NCBI GenBank assembly: GCA_964633595.1
Contig: CAZWGV010000002.1
Span: forward strand, 211 to 64,210
Direction of reading: 5' to 3'
DNA from: an uncultured Coriobacteriaceae bacterium
GTDB lineage: Bacteria; Actinomycetota; Coriobacteriia; Anaerosomatales; CAZWGV01
Length of the DNA: 64,000 nucleotides
Of the stretch, positions 1 through 8,920 are shown in pieces; the first letter of the stretch is position 1, and every line of letters starts with the position of its first letter. The notes beneath the pieces were generated by a model. The model was not told the origin of the DNA. It searched no databases and was given only the letters and a program-made list of their open reading frames with translations. The position numbers and the translations under genes were made by a program.

Positions 1-1
1 C

Positions 2-874
2 ACCGGTGCCGACTTGGCCAACCTCGTGAACGAGGCGGCGCTGCTCTCGGCGAGGCATGGCAAGAAGCTCATCGACATGCACGAGCTCGAAGAGGCCATC
101 GAGCGCGTTGTGGCTGGGCCGGAGCGCAAGACCAAGCTCATATCCGACAAGGAGAAGAGGGTCATCGCCTATCACGAGGCCGGGCACGCGCTGGTGGGCC
201 ACGTGCTCCCCCACACCGACCCTATCCACAAGATCTCGATCATCGCGCGAGGTCAGGCGCTGGGCTACACGCTGGCGCTGCCCAATGAGGACCGCTTCCT
301 CATCTCTCGCGGCGAGATGCTCGACAACCTCGCTATGCTCCTGGGTGGTCGGGTTGCCGAGGAGCTAGCCATCGGCGATATCACCACCGGCGCCTCCAAC
401 GACATCGAGAAGGCCACGAAGACCGCAAAGCAGATGGTCATGCGCTACGGCATGTCCGAGAAGCTGGGGCCGCAGACGTTCGGCGACGCGCAGCACGAGG
501 TCTTCCTGGGCCGCGACTTCTCGGCCAACGCGGACTACAGTCCCGAGGTGGCCTACGAGATCGACAAGGAGGTCTCCCGGCTGATCGACGAGGCCTTCGA
601 CAGCGCGCACACGATCTTGCAGGAGCGCCGCGCGCAGCTCGACCTCATGGCGGACGTGCTCATCGAGCGCGAGACCGTGGACAAGGACGAGCTGGAGGCG
701 CTGCTCGAGGGACGCTGGCACGAGTTCGTGGAGGAGGAGCGTCGCGCCAAGGAGGGCGGGGCGCCCGGCGACTCGGGCAGCGAGAGCAAGCCCGCGGGGG
801 AGGGCGAGGCTCCCCAGTCGGAGCCGAAGCAGGCGCCGCCAAAGACTCCGCCGCTCGTGGTTCCCGAAGCCTAG
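2..874 (+). CDS. ftsH: ATP-dependent zinc metalloprotease FtsH, C-terminal ~290 aa (5' end outside window)
   Basis: The frame is open from base 2 (TGADLANLVNEAALL). It contains the HEAGHAL HEXXH zinc site of peptidase M41 and an acidic/Pro-rich tail. Stop TAG at 872-874. Confidence 0.95.
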   Translation, partial: TGADLANLVNEAALLSARHGKKLIDMHELEEAIERVVAGPERKTKLISDKEKRVIAYHEAGHALVGHVLPHTDPIHKISIIARGQALGYTLALPNEDRFLISRGEMLDNLAMLLGGRVAEELAIGDITTGASNDIEKATKTAKQMVMRYGMSEKLGPQTFGDAQHEVFLGRDFSANADYSPEVAYEIDKEVSRLIDEAFDSAHTILQERRAQLDLMADVLIERETVDKDELEALLEGRWHEFVEEERRAKEGGAPGDSGSESKPAGEGEAPQSEPKQAPPKTPPLVVPEA

Positions 875-931
875 ACGCGCGTCCGACAGCACCCGCTAGC
901 AGCGGCCATGAGGTTTGAGCAATCCTTCGCG

Positions 932-940
932 TGGTACAAT
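932..940 (+). promoter_or_regulatory. candidate extended -10 promoter element TGGTACAAT upstream of the kinase/regulator pair
   Basis: An AT-rich TGnTAnnnT 9-mer lies in the ftsH-kinase intergenic region of very GC-rich DNA. The same pattern recurs upstream of three other operons in this window. No convincing -35 element. Confidence 0.3.
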
Positions 941-1005
941 ACCTCTGACTCTGGGTGCGCTGAGGGGCGGCGCGTCCAACGACGACCGCACCCAGGGGGG
1001 TGGCC

Positions 1006-2253
1006 GTGTCAGTACATGGCGACGCGCATGGTGTCCCTCTCTCGAGCCCCGGTGGGAGCTCGGCTCTCGGCGACGACGTCCAACTCACCCTTCCGACCTT
1101 CGGTCCAAGGAGCTTCCGCTCACGTCTGCGGGACGCACTCTTCCCTCATCGCAGTCAGCGAGAGCTGATCAGCTCGCTCAATGACGTTGCGTCGGCGGTC
1201 TCCTCGAAGCTGTCTGTGGAGGAGGTGCTGGAGACCGTCGTGGAGCGCGCGAAGCGCGTGACCAACACGGACAAGGCGGTACTCTGCCTGGTAGACGAGC
1301 ACAGCGTCGGCGATCTCATGGACATCGACACCATGGTCGTCAAGGGTGCGCGCCACGAGCATCCGGAGGCCTGGTGGGGTGGCATGCTGGGGCGGATCGC
1401 CGAGACGGTGTTCGAGTCGGGTGAGCCGTACCTCGAGCTCAACAAGCTGAATCGCGCGTGGCTGCTGTGTGCGCCGATCAAGGTGAAGGACAAGTCGATC
1501 GGGCTGCTGTGCGCGATCAACGCGCAGACGGACAAGTTCTCTGCCGAGCAGGTGGACTTCCTGGCCATCTTGGGCGCGTTCGCGGCTACAGCCATCGAGA
1601 ACGCCAGGCTCGCCGAGCAGAGCCGCTACGTCCTGCTCGCCAGCGAGCGCGACCGCATCGCGCGCGAAATGCACGACGGCATCTCACAGTCGCTATTCTC
1701 GATCTCGCTCGGGCTGGAACTCTGCAAGAAGCAGGTGCATCGCGACCCGCCAGGCGTCGCGCGCCGTCTCGACGAGCTCCAGGACCAGCTCTCGGTGGGC
1801 ATGGCCGAGCTGCGCCGCTTCATCTACGACCTCAGACCGCTGAAGCTCCAGGAGCTGGGGCTCTCGGGAGCGATCGAGTATTGGATCCACGCGATCACGA
1901 GCGGCGATCATCTGGTAGGCGATCTGAAGGTGGAGGGAGAGATACGGCATCTCGGCCCGTCCGTGGACGCGTGCCTCTACCGGGTGGCCAAGGAGGCCGT
2001 GAGCAACGTCGTCAAGCACGCGCAAGCCTCGCGATTCGAGGTGCGCCTCGTCTACGCCGATGATCATGTGCAGCTGATAGTTGAAGACGACGGGACCGGC
2101 TTCGACCCAGCCCTCGCGCTGGAGCGTGCCGAGACGGGCGCATCGCTCGGCATAAAGAGCATCCAGGAGAGGGTGAGGAGCGAGGGTGGCAAACTCGACA
2201 TCCTGCGCAGGGAAGACGGCGGCGCCGTGGTCTCGGTGACTCTGCCTTTCTAG
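1006..2253 (+). CDS. soluble GAF-domain sensor histidine kinase (HisKA_3 type, NarL-family partner)
   Basis: H-box ERDRIAREMHDGISQSLF (HisKA_3) and ATPase motifs LIVEDDGTGF and SLGIKSIQERV. A GAF-like region precedes the H-box and no TM segment is present. The start could be GTG 1000 or 1006; AGGGGGG at 994-1000 favours 1006. Confidence 0.85.
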   Translation: MSVHGDAHGVPLSSPGGSSALGDDVQLTLPTFGPRSFRSRLRDALFPHRSQRELISSLNDVASAVSSKLSVEEVLETVVERAKRVTNTDKAVLCLVDEHSVGDLMDIDTMVVKGARHEHPEAWWGGMLGRIAETVFESGEPYLELNKLNRAWLLCAPIKVKDKSIGLLCAINAQTDKFSAEQVDFLAILGAFAATAIENARLAEQSRYVLLASERDRIAREMHDGISQSLFSISLGLELCKKQVHRDPPGVARRLDELQDQLSVGMAELRRFIYDLRPLKLQELGLSGAIEYWIHAITSGDHLVGDLKVEGEIRHLGPSVDACLYRVAKEAVSNVVKHAQASRFEVRLVYADDHVQLIVEDDGTGFDPALALERAETGASLGIKSIQERVRSEGGKLDILRREDGGAVVSVTLPF

Positions 2254-2266
2254 AGGGGCATGGCGG

Positions 2267-2923
2267 ATGAGCACAGTGAAGACGATCAAGACCTTCATCG
2301 TTGACGATCACGAGCTGGTACGGCTCGCTCTTCGCACGCTGCTGGATGCCGAGCCGGATATCGAGGTGATCGGGGAGGCGGGTGACGGCGAGCGTGCCGT
2401 CGAGCTGATCTGCGCCGACCCACCGGACGTACTCGTGCTCGACCTCAGGATGCCGAGCGTGGGAGGCGTCGAGGTCTGCCGCAAGGTCAAGGAGTCGTGC
2501 CCCCAGGTGCGGGTGCTAGTGCTGACGAGCTACGACGAAGACGACGAGGTGTTCGGCGTGCTGAGCGCGGGGGCTAGCGGCTACGTGATGAAGGACGCGC
2601 GGCCGGAGACGGTGGTACAGGCGGTGAGGTCCGTCTTCGACGGTCAGGCCGTCTTCGACCAGGGCATCGCGCAGCGGGTCATCGAGGGTCCGCAAGCCTC
2701 TCCCGCAGAGGCCGAGGGCCTCTCCGAGCGGGAGCTCGAGGTGTTGCATCTGATGGCTGCCGGCAACAGTAACAAGGAGATAGCCGGTACGCTGTGGATC
2801 TCCGAGACTACCGTGAAGACCCACGTCAGCCATATCCTGCGCAAGCTCGGGCAGACCGACCGTACTCAGGCGGTCCTGCGGGCCGTGCGAAACGGCATCG
2901 TCAAGCTGGAAGCCGAGACGTAG
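2267..2923 (+). CDS. response regulator, NarL/LuxR family
   Basis: Receiver motifs FIVDDHELV and VLVLDLRMP, plus the LuxR HTH LSERELEVLHLMAAGNSNKEIAGTLWISETTVKTHVSHILRKLG. It starts 13 nt after the kinase stop. Confidence 0.93.
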   Translation: MSTVKTIKTFIVDDHELVRLALRTLLDAEPDIEVIGEAGDGERAVELICADPPDVLVLDLRMPSVGGVEVCRKVKESCPQVRVLVLTSYDEDDEVFGVLSAGASGYVMKDARPETVVQAVRSVFDGQAVFDQGIAQRVIEGPQASPAEAEGLSERELEVLHLMAAGNSNKEIAGTLWISETTVKTHVSHILRKLGQTDRTQAVLRAVRNGIVKLEAET

Positions 2924-2936
2924 CAGGCCCTCCGCG

Positions 2937-2958
2937 GCGTCATGCGACCGCATGACGC
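2937..2958 (+). terminator. perfect 10-bp inverted repeat GCGTCATGCG-AC-CGCATGACGC just after the regulator stop (hairpin or protein-binding palindrome)
   Basis: The palindrome was read directly from the sequence, 14 nt downstream of the stop at 2923. No U-tract follows and the loop is very tight, so a terminator role is uncertain. Confidence 0.3.
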
Positions 2959-3184
2959 GCCATCATCCCAAAGAACGACCAAACCTATCGTCGTGATGAC
3001 CCCCAGGTAGAGACGGTTGCAGGATGGTCTGCGCGGGTCTTCGCGGGGAGAATCGCCACAACGGAACATTGGCTTACCGCTGGCACCGGGTCCCAGCGTC
3101 CCTCTCATCGGGGTCGCGCGATGACCCCGAAGCGACGAGAAGGGCCGGCGGACCCGAGGCAGACGGGGGGAGGTGTGACTGGAC

Positions 3185-3349
3185 ATGATGGCTAAGTTCA
3201 ACACCTGGCTGCAGAGCGAGGAGGGTGCCACCGCCGTCGAGTACGGCATCATGGTTGCCCTGATCGCGGTTGTCATTATCAGTGTCGTCACTTTGCTCGG
3301 CGGAGGTCTGCGGGAGACCTTCCAGAGCGTCGTAAACGCGCTCCCGTAG
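3185..3349 (+). CDS. flp: Flp-family type IVb prepilin (54 aa, below the ORF-track size cutoff)
   Basis: Hand translation gives MMAKFNTWLQSEEGATAVEYGIMVALIAVVIISVVTLLGGGLRETFQSVVNALP. It shows the Flp motif G/ATAVEYG followed by a hydrophobic helix. RBS GGGGGGAGGTG lies upstream and the gene sits directly 5' of the tad genes. Confidence 0.87.
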   Translation: MMAKFNTWLQSEEGATAVEYGIMVALIAVVIISVVTLLGGGLRETFQSVVNALP

Positions 3350-3363
3350 GCGATTCGATGGCA

Positions 3364-3412
3364 GGCCGGGACCCGAGAGGTTGAGCGCGTTTCGGGTCCC
3401 GGCCTTCTTTTT
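3364..3412 (+). terminator. rho-independent terminator after flp
   Basis: A 13-bp perfect stem, GGCCGGGACCCGA (3364-3376) with TCGGGTCCCGGCC (3392-3404), is followed by TTCTTTTT (3405-3412). Confidence 0.8.
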
Positions 3413-3520
3413 GGTATGTCCGTTCGGGCAGGACTAAGTGCTCGGATGGGAAAGTACCTGGTGGTCGTAGAAGGCGGCAGCTGTGGCGAACGGCGGAGAG
3501 GGACCGGGGGCTGATCGAGG

Positions 3521-3973
3521 ATGAAGGTGTTCTTCCGCGAATCGCCGGGTGGACTTCGTGAGCGCTGCCCATTACATTCGCGCCGCCGCCGTCGTGCTGA
3601 CGGCGGCGCGGCCGCTGTCGAGTTTGCGATCGTCTCCGGCGTGCTCGTTCTGCTCCTGCTCGGCCTGACACAGTTCGGCGTGATCTTCTATCAGTGGCTC
3701 GAGCTGGAGCACGCCGCGCGTGAAGGAGCGCGCTCCGCAGCCCTTTGGACCACCGACGACGTTGTTCGCAAGACCGTCCAGGACGCGGCACCCGGCATCA
3801 CAATAGGGGCGGGCGCGATCACCATCGCGCGCCCCGCCGGGGCCGTCACGGGACATCCGGTGACGGTCACGGTGCGGCACAACGCACCCATCCTGGCACC
3901 CCTGATGGGGGAGCTTTTCGGCGGGGGCGGCACGGTACGTCTGGTGGCTTCGGCGACCCAGAGGATCGAGTGA
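3521..3973 (+). CDS. tadE: TadE-like pseudopilin
   Basis: N-terminal TadE motif GGAAAVEFAIVSGVLVLLLLGLTQFG followed by a small beta-rich domain. Its position is right after flp. Confidence 0.8.
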   Translation: MKVFFRESPGGLRERCPLHSRRRRRADGGAAAVEFAIVSGVLVLLLLGLTQFGVIFYQWLELEHAAREGARSAALWTTDDVVRKTVQDAAPGITIGAGAITIARPAGAVTGHPVTVTVRHNAPILAPLMGELFGGGGTVRLVASATQRIE

Positions 3974-3979
3974 AAGGCG

Positions 3980-5560
3980 ATGATCCGGATGAGGACGCTG
4001 CTGAAGAGTGACGATGGAGCGGTTGCCGTGGTGGCAGGCGTATCGCTGTTGGCGCTCCTCATGCTGTCAGCACTCGTCGTGGATGTCGGCTACTGGTACA
4101 ACGTGCGCCGGCAACTCCAAGCCGCCGCCGACGCTGGAGCTCTGGCCGGATGCCAGGAGCTGATAAACACCTCGAGCCCCAGCGCGGCCAATGCGCTTGC
4201 GGAAGAGTACGCGATGAGCAACGACGATCGCCCGGCCGACGGCATGGTCGTGGATGAGGTACAGGTAGGCTCCGACTACGTCACGGTGAAGACGGCCAAG
4301 GATGCGCCGGCCTGGCTGGCCGGTCTCTTCGGCAGCTCCGGAAAGCGCATCACCGCGACGGCCAAGGCTGTCGCGACACCCCTCTCTGGCGTGCGCCGAC
4401 TCGTGCCATGGGCGCTTCCCATCATCGATGTGGTCGACCGGGTAGAGGTTGCGATCGTCTCGGGCAAGACGGTGCTCGGCACATGGAACCTGTCGAGTGT
4501 CGACGACGTGACCTACTCTGGTGCGATCACGGCACCGATCGGTCCCGGCTCGTATGACGTGCGCGTTCGCGTCTACAACACACATGGCATCTGGGAGGGC
4601 CTTGTCGACAATGAGGGCAAGGACATCCCGGCTGCCCGGCTGACGGTACCTGAACCAACCGCCGTGATCTCGGGTGTCTCGCTCAGCCGAGCATTCGTCA
4701 ACGCTCAGAACCCGGAACCTGTGCTCGTGACCGTGCGCACGTCGTCTCCCCAGGCGAAGATGAGTATCAAGCTCGGCAATAAGGCCAAGGTGATGACGCC
4801 GAACGCAAGTGGCACTGAGTTCACCTATATGATCGGACCGGTCGACATGCCGCCCGAAGACGATCTGCTCACGCTTCTGGCCGTTGATGCGTATCCGGGG
4901 AGCAAGGATGACGGCGTCGATGCGTACGTGCTCAGGAGGCGGACAACTCACGTCATCGGCGGAGTAGATGTGGGTTCGCCCACTGGGCAGTTCTATGTCG
5001 CAAGCGGCAGCTCTGTGCCTGTCAAGGTCAATCTGCACGAGTATGCCAATCACGTCCATGACGGGACGCTCTATACGCTAAGAGTCGCTGGAGGATCCGG
5101 TGAGGTAGGCAACTACTGCGAGCTCAACTTCAAGGCGATCACCCATCTCCCGGGATGTCCGCCGGACGCCCCGGGGGCTGCGAACCCGCTTACCCCTGAG
5201 ACATACTACGGCTGGACAGCGTACGGGTACGACCTAGGGATACATGTAGGCGATGTCATCACCACCAGTCCCGGCAACAGCGGGGCCAATACGCAGAAGG
5301 CCCTCGACTTCAGGTTCGCTCGTCTTTCGCCCGAAGAGCGCGTTGTGCACGTGCCGATCGTCGAGAAGATCGAGGCGAAAAAGGGCGGTGCGTACGACGT
5401 CAAGGTCGTGAACTACGGTGCATTCCGGGTTACCGACTACGGCAAGGATGGCTCTGTTCGGGGCTACTTCCTGCAGTACACACCGACTCCGGGATCCTAC
5501 GGACCCGGCGGTGGCGGTCCGGGATACAGTAGCCTAGGTGCGCGCCTTGTGATGCCATAG
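3980..5560 (+). CDS. tadG: large TadG-like pilus-associated protein (TadE/G-like N-terminal domain)
   Basis: The N-terminus DDGAVAVVAGVSLLALLMLSALVVDVGYWYNVRRQLQAAADAGALAG is typical of the Tad (TadE/G-like) domain. A ~430-aa extracytoplasmic region follows, and I saw no DxSxS MIDAS motif in it. Confidence 0.7.
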   Translation: MIRMRTLLKSDDGAVAVVAGVSLLALLMLSALVVDVGYWYNVRRQLQAAADAGALAGCQELINTSSPSAANALAEEYAMSNDDRPADGMVVDEVQVGSDYVTVKTAKDAPAWLAGLFGSSGKRITATAKAVATPLSGVRRLVPWALPIIDVVDRVEVAIVSGKTVLGTWNLSSVDDVTYSGAITAPIGPGSYDVRVRVYNTHGIWEGLVDNEGKDIPAARLTVPEPTAVISGVSLSRAFVNAQNPEPVLVTVRTSSPQAKMSIKLGNKAKVMTPNASGTEFTYMIGPVDMPPEDDLLTLLAVDAYPGSKDDGVDAYVLRRRTTHVIGGVDVGSPTGQFYVASGSSVPVKVNLHEYANHVHDGTLYTLRVAGGSGEVGNYCELNFKAITHLPGCPPDAPGAANPLTPETYYGWTAYGYDLGIHVGDVITTSPGNSGANTQKALDFRFARLSPEERVVHVPIVEKIEAKKGGAYDVKVVNYGAFRVTDYGKDGSVRGYFLQYTPTPGSYGPGGGGPGYSSLGARLVMP

Positions 5561-5608
5561 CGGGACCGGTGTTTGGAGCAAGGGAAGCGATTTCCGAGGG
5601 GGACGCCC

Positions 5609-6379
5609 ATGCGTTCGAAGATCCTGATACTGGTGGTGGCCCTGGTCTTGGGCGGACTGGCAGCGATCCTGGCCGCGCGCTACATCACCGGCGCGCGCTC
5701 CACGATCGAAGCTGAGAGCAAGCCCGTGAAGGTGCTCGTTGCCGCCGAGGACATCCCGCGGGGGCTATCGGCTGAGGAACTGCTCTCCAAGAAGCTGATC
5801 CTTCGCCAGGAGGTGCCGGCCAGATTTGTCGCCGCAGGCGCGATCTCCTCAGAGCGTGGGATTGAGGGCCAGGTTCTCGCGACGCCCCTTTCGAAGGGGG
5901 AGCAGGTCACCCGTGCCCGCTTCCAAATCCCCAGCCAGGCCGGGCTTGCCTACAGTGTCCCCAAGGATGTAGTTGCGATCACCATACCGGTCAATGAGGA
6001 GCGTGGTGTTGCAGGTCTCGTCAAGCCTGGCGACCACGTGACTGTCTTCGCCAGCTTCAAGAAGGCCGGCGGCGAGGCCGACGAGAACGTGACCAAGATG
6101 CTCCTTCCCGGCGTTCGAGTTCTTGCGGTCGGATCCTCGCTCGCGGCGGAGGAGGCGGCTGCCGATGAAGCCGGTGGGCAGCGTGGATTCGTTTCGAGCG
6201 ACCGGGCAGGGGCGGCGCAGCAGATTCCAACCGCGATGACGCTGGCGGTCACCGCGCCGGAGGCCGAGCGGCTGGTATTCGCTCTTGAGAACGGCGACAT
6301 CTGGGTAGGTCTTCTGCCAGCGACCGCGACCCAGCTACCGGCCACCAAGGGGCAGACCTACCAGTCGGTGCTGAGGTAG
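5609..6379 (+). CDS. cpaB: Flp pilus assembly protein CpaB/RcpC family
   Basis: N-terminal TM segment ILILVVALVLGGLAAILAARYI, a SAF-like segment VLVAAEDIPRG, and LVKPGDHVTVF. ATG 5609 is preceded by GAGGGGG (5596-5602). Confidence 0.8.
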   Translation: MRSKILILVVALVLGGLAAILAARYITGARSTIEAESKPVKVLVAAEDIPRGLSAEELLSKKLILRQEVPARFVAAGAISSERGIEGQVLATPLSKGEQVTRARFQIPSQAGLAYSVPKDVVAITIPVNEERGVAGLVKPGDHVTVFASFKKAGGEADENVTKMLLPGVRVLAVGSSLAAEEAAADEAGGQRGFVSSDRAGAAQQIPTAMTLAVTAPEAERLVFALENGDIWVGLLPATATQLPATKGQTYQSVLR

Positions 6380-6386
6380 CGTCGAC

Positions 6387-7553
6387 ATGGCCTCCGTCCT
6401 GATCGTTGAGCCCCCCTCGGACTTCGTCGACCAAATGGGCGTCCTGTTGGGTGCCGATGCCGATGTGGTGCTTTCCACGGTCGGGACGCTTGAGGAAGCC
6501 GAGTTGGTTGTTGCCGAGACCCCGCCTCACGTAGTCCTGGTGGGTCCAGGGATCGTCGGCGAGCGTGCGCTGGCATTCGCTCAGAGTATCGCCGTCGCAG
6601 GGAAGTGCACGGCCGTCGTGCTGATTGCCCCTGAGCTCACCACCGAACTGCTCCGCAGCGCCCTGCATGCGGGCGTGAGTGATGCGGTAGCCGCCGATGA
6701 CAAGGCCACAGAGATACACGCGGCGGTACGACGCGCGATCACCACCGCCGAAGGCGCGCGGCTCACTACGCCAGCGAGTGTGGAGGAGCCTGAGGAGAGC
6801 GGACTCGCCAGGGTCATTTCGATCTTCGGGACCAAGGGAGGAGTTGGAAAGACCGTCCTCGCCACCAATCTCGGAGTAGCACTGAGCAAGATGATGGGTA
6901 AGCGCACGATCCTCGTCGACCTAGATCTGCAGTTCGGAGATTGTGCGATCATGCTAGGCCTGAAGCCTGCCAGAACGATTCTTGATGCTGTGAAGGCTCT
7001 GGACCGACTGGACGCCGACATGCTCGGCAGCATGCTCGTCGAGCACCCTTCCGGTCTGCGCGTGCTCCTAGCTCCGGTGCAGCCCGAGGACGCGGAGTCG
7101 GTAACGACGACGCGCATCAATCACATAGTCAGCCTTCTGCGCGAGATGGCTGACTATGTGGTGATCGACACGGCCGCCACTCTCGACGAGACGGTACTCG
7201 CCGCGCTCGACAGGAGTGATTCCGTCTGCGCTGTGACGATGATGGATGTTGCGAGCATCAAGAACACCAAGATCTCGCTACAGAAGCTGCGCCAGCTTGG
7301 CTACCAGAACGGTCTCATGCGCGTGATTCTGAATCGAGCGGACAGCAAGGTCTGGCTCGAGCCCGGTCAGGTGGAGCAGGCGATCAGTTCGAAGATCTGG
7401 GTTCAGGTGCCGAGCGACAGAGTCGTTCCGCGCTCAGTGAACAAGGGTGTCCCAGTAGTTCTTGAGGCTCCGAAGAGCGAGGTCGCCCGGAGCATCCTGT
7501 CCATCGCCAAGAAGATGGTCGAAGAAGAGGAGGCGACCGATCATGTCGCTTAG
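6387..7553 (+). CDS. tadZ: TadZ/CpaE ParA/MinD-like ATPase with N-terminal receiver-like domain
   Basis: Deviant Walker A ISIFGTKGGVGKTVLATNLG, a ~130-aa N-terminal receiver-like fold, and a position between cpaB and tadA. Confidence 0.87.
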   Translation: MASVLIVEPPSDFVDQMGVLLGADADVVLSTVGTLEEAELVVAETPPHVVLVGPGIVGERALAFAQSIAVAGKCTAVVLIAPELTTELLRSALHAGVSDAVAADDKATEIHAAVRRAITTAEGARLTTPASVEEPEESGLARVISIFGTKGGVGKTVLATNLGVALSKMMGKRTILVDLDLQFGDCAIMLGLKPARTILDAVKALDRLDADMLGSMLVEHPSGLRVLLAPVQPEDAESVTTTRINHIVSLLREMADYVVIDTAATLDETVLAALDRSDSVCAVTMMDVASIKNTKISLQKLRQLGYQNGLMRVILNRADSKVWLEPGQVEQAISSKIWVQVPSDRVVPRSVNKGVPVVLEAPKSEVARSILSIAKKMVEEEEATDHVA

Positions 7554-8916
7554 GGACCGTCTCACCCGCGGGGTGGACACACCTCAACCGGTCCAGGACG
7601 CCGTCTCCGCAGGCAAGGTGGTGGCCAGGAACACGGCGACGCAGGACGCCAAGGACGCCATCAAACGTGATGTCCACTACCTCTTGATAGAGGAGCTCGG
7701 GACGCAGCTGGACGGGGACGACCCCTCGATTCGCTTCCAGATCGAGCGGAAACTCCAGGAACTCATCGGACAGGAGTCTACGCCGCTCTCGGCAGAGGAC
7801 AAGCGCGAGATCGTGGGCGACGTCCTTGACAACATGCTCGGCTACGGCCCCATCACGCCGCTGCTGGCTGACCCGAGCGTCACGGAAGTGATGGTGAACA
7901 ACGCCGACCGGGTCTACATAGAGCGCGGGGGCAAGATTCTCCAGACCGACAAGCGCTTCATCGACGAGCAACATCTTGTGCGCACGATCGACCGCATAGT
8001 CAGCCAGGTGGGTCGCCGAATCGACGAGAGTTCGCCAATGGTCGACGCTCGCTTGCCTGACGGCTCGCGCGTCAACGCCGTCATCCACCCGCTCGCCATC
8101 AATGGGCCGATGCTGACGATACGCAAGTTCGCGCACGATCCGTTCACGGTCGACGACCTTATCGGCTTCGGTACCCTTGACCCCAAGGTCGCGTCATTCC
8201 TGGACACGTGCGTTCGAGGGCGATTGAATGTAGTGATCTCGGGGGGCACGGGCAGCGGCAAAACAACGCTGCTGAACGTTATGTCCTCGTTCATCCCAGC
8301 CGATGAGCGCATAGTCACCATTGAGGACGCCGCCGAATTGCAGCTTCGGCAGGAGCATGTGCTGCGTCTCGAGTCCAGGCCCCCCAACATCGAGGGCAAG
8401 GGGCAGGTCACAATCCGGGATCTCGTCCGCAACTCGTTGCGCATGCGTCCCGATCGCATCGTCGTGGGCGAGGTACGTGGTGGCGAGGCGCTCGACATGT
8501 TGCAGGCTATGAACACCGGCCACGATGGCTCTCTCACGACCATCCACGCGAACTCCCCCCGCGACGCCCTTGCGCGCATCGAGACGATGGTACTAATGAG
8601 CGGGCTCGACCTGCCGGTCCGGGCCACTCGCGAGCAGATTGCATCGGCGCTCAACTTGCTTGTGCACCTCGCTCGACTCCGTGACGGTACGCGGCGTGTC
8701 GTCCAGGTCTGCGAGCTGCAGGGCATGGAGGGTGACACTGTCGTGCTTCAGGATCTGTTCTACTTCGACTACTCCATGGGCATCGACGACTCAGGTCGCT
8801 TCCGGGGACACATCAAGGCCACCGGCCTCCGCCCGAAGTTCTCGCGGCATCTCGAGGATCTTGGACTACCGATGCCCGCTGAGATGTTCGAGTACGAGCC
8901 TCCCGAGAAGAGGTGA
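7543..8916 (+). CDS. tadA: TadA/CpaF secretion ATPase
   Basis: Walker A ISGGTGSGKTTLLN, Asp box RIVTIEDAAELQL, Walker B RPDRIVVGEVRG and His box GHDGSLTTIHANS. ATG 7543 overlaps the tadZ stop. The upstream part of the 7462 ORF overlaps tadZ and is not coding. Confidence 0.95.
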   Translation: MSLRDRLTRGVDTPQPVQDAVSAGKVVARNTATQDAKDAIKRDVHYLLIEELGTQLDGDDPSIRFQIERKLQELIGQESTPLSAEDKREIVGDVLDNMLGYGPITPLLADPSVTEVMVNNADRVYIERGGKILQTDKRFIDEQHLVRTIDRIVSQVGRRIDESSPMVDARLPDGSRVNAVIHPLAINGPMLTIRKFAHDPFTVDDLIGFGTLDPKVASFLDTCVRGRLNVVISGGTGSGKTTLLNVMSSFIPADERIVTIEDAAELQLRQEHVLRLESRPPNIEGKGQVTIRDLVRNSLRMRPDRIVVGEVRGGEALDMLQAMNTGHDGSLTTIHANSPRDALARIETMVLMSGLDLPVRATREQIASALNLLVHLARLRDGTRRVVQVCELQGMEGDTVVLQDLFYFDYSMGIDDSGRFRGHIKATGLRPKFSRHLEDLGLPMPAEMFEYEPPEKR

Positions 8917-8920
8917 TAGG

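Noticed and set aside
3070-3085. A sigma-54-like element, TGGCTT-N5-TGGCA (GG-N10-GC spacing), ~100 nt upstream of flp.
   Set aside because: It has two mismatches in the -24/-12 hexamers. No NtrC-type enhancer-binding protein is nearby, since the adjacent regulator is NarL-type. Sigma-54 is generally absent from Actinomycetota-like genomes. A chance match is likely.
8639-8920. The upstream 94 codons of the 737-aa ORF that contains the vWA-TadB fusion.
   Set aside because: This part overlaps the 3' end of tadA in another frame and has no coding character (Cys/Ser/Arg-rich). GTG 8921, 5 nt after the tadA stop, gives a proper signal peptide.
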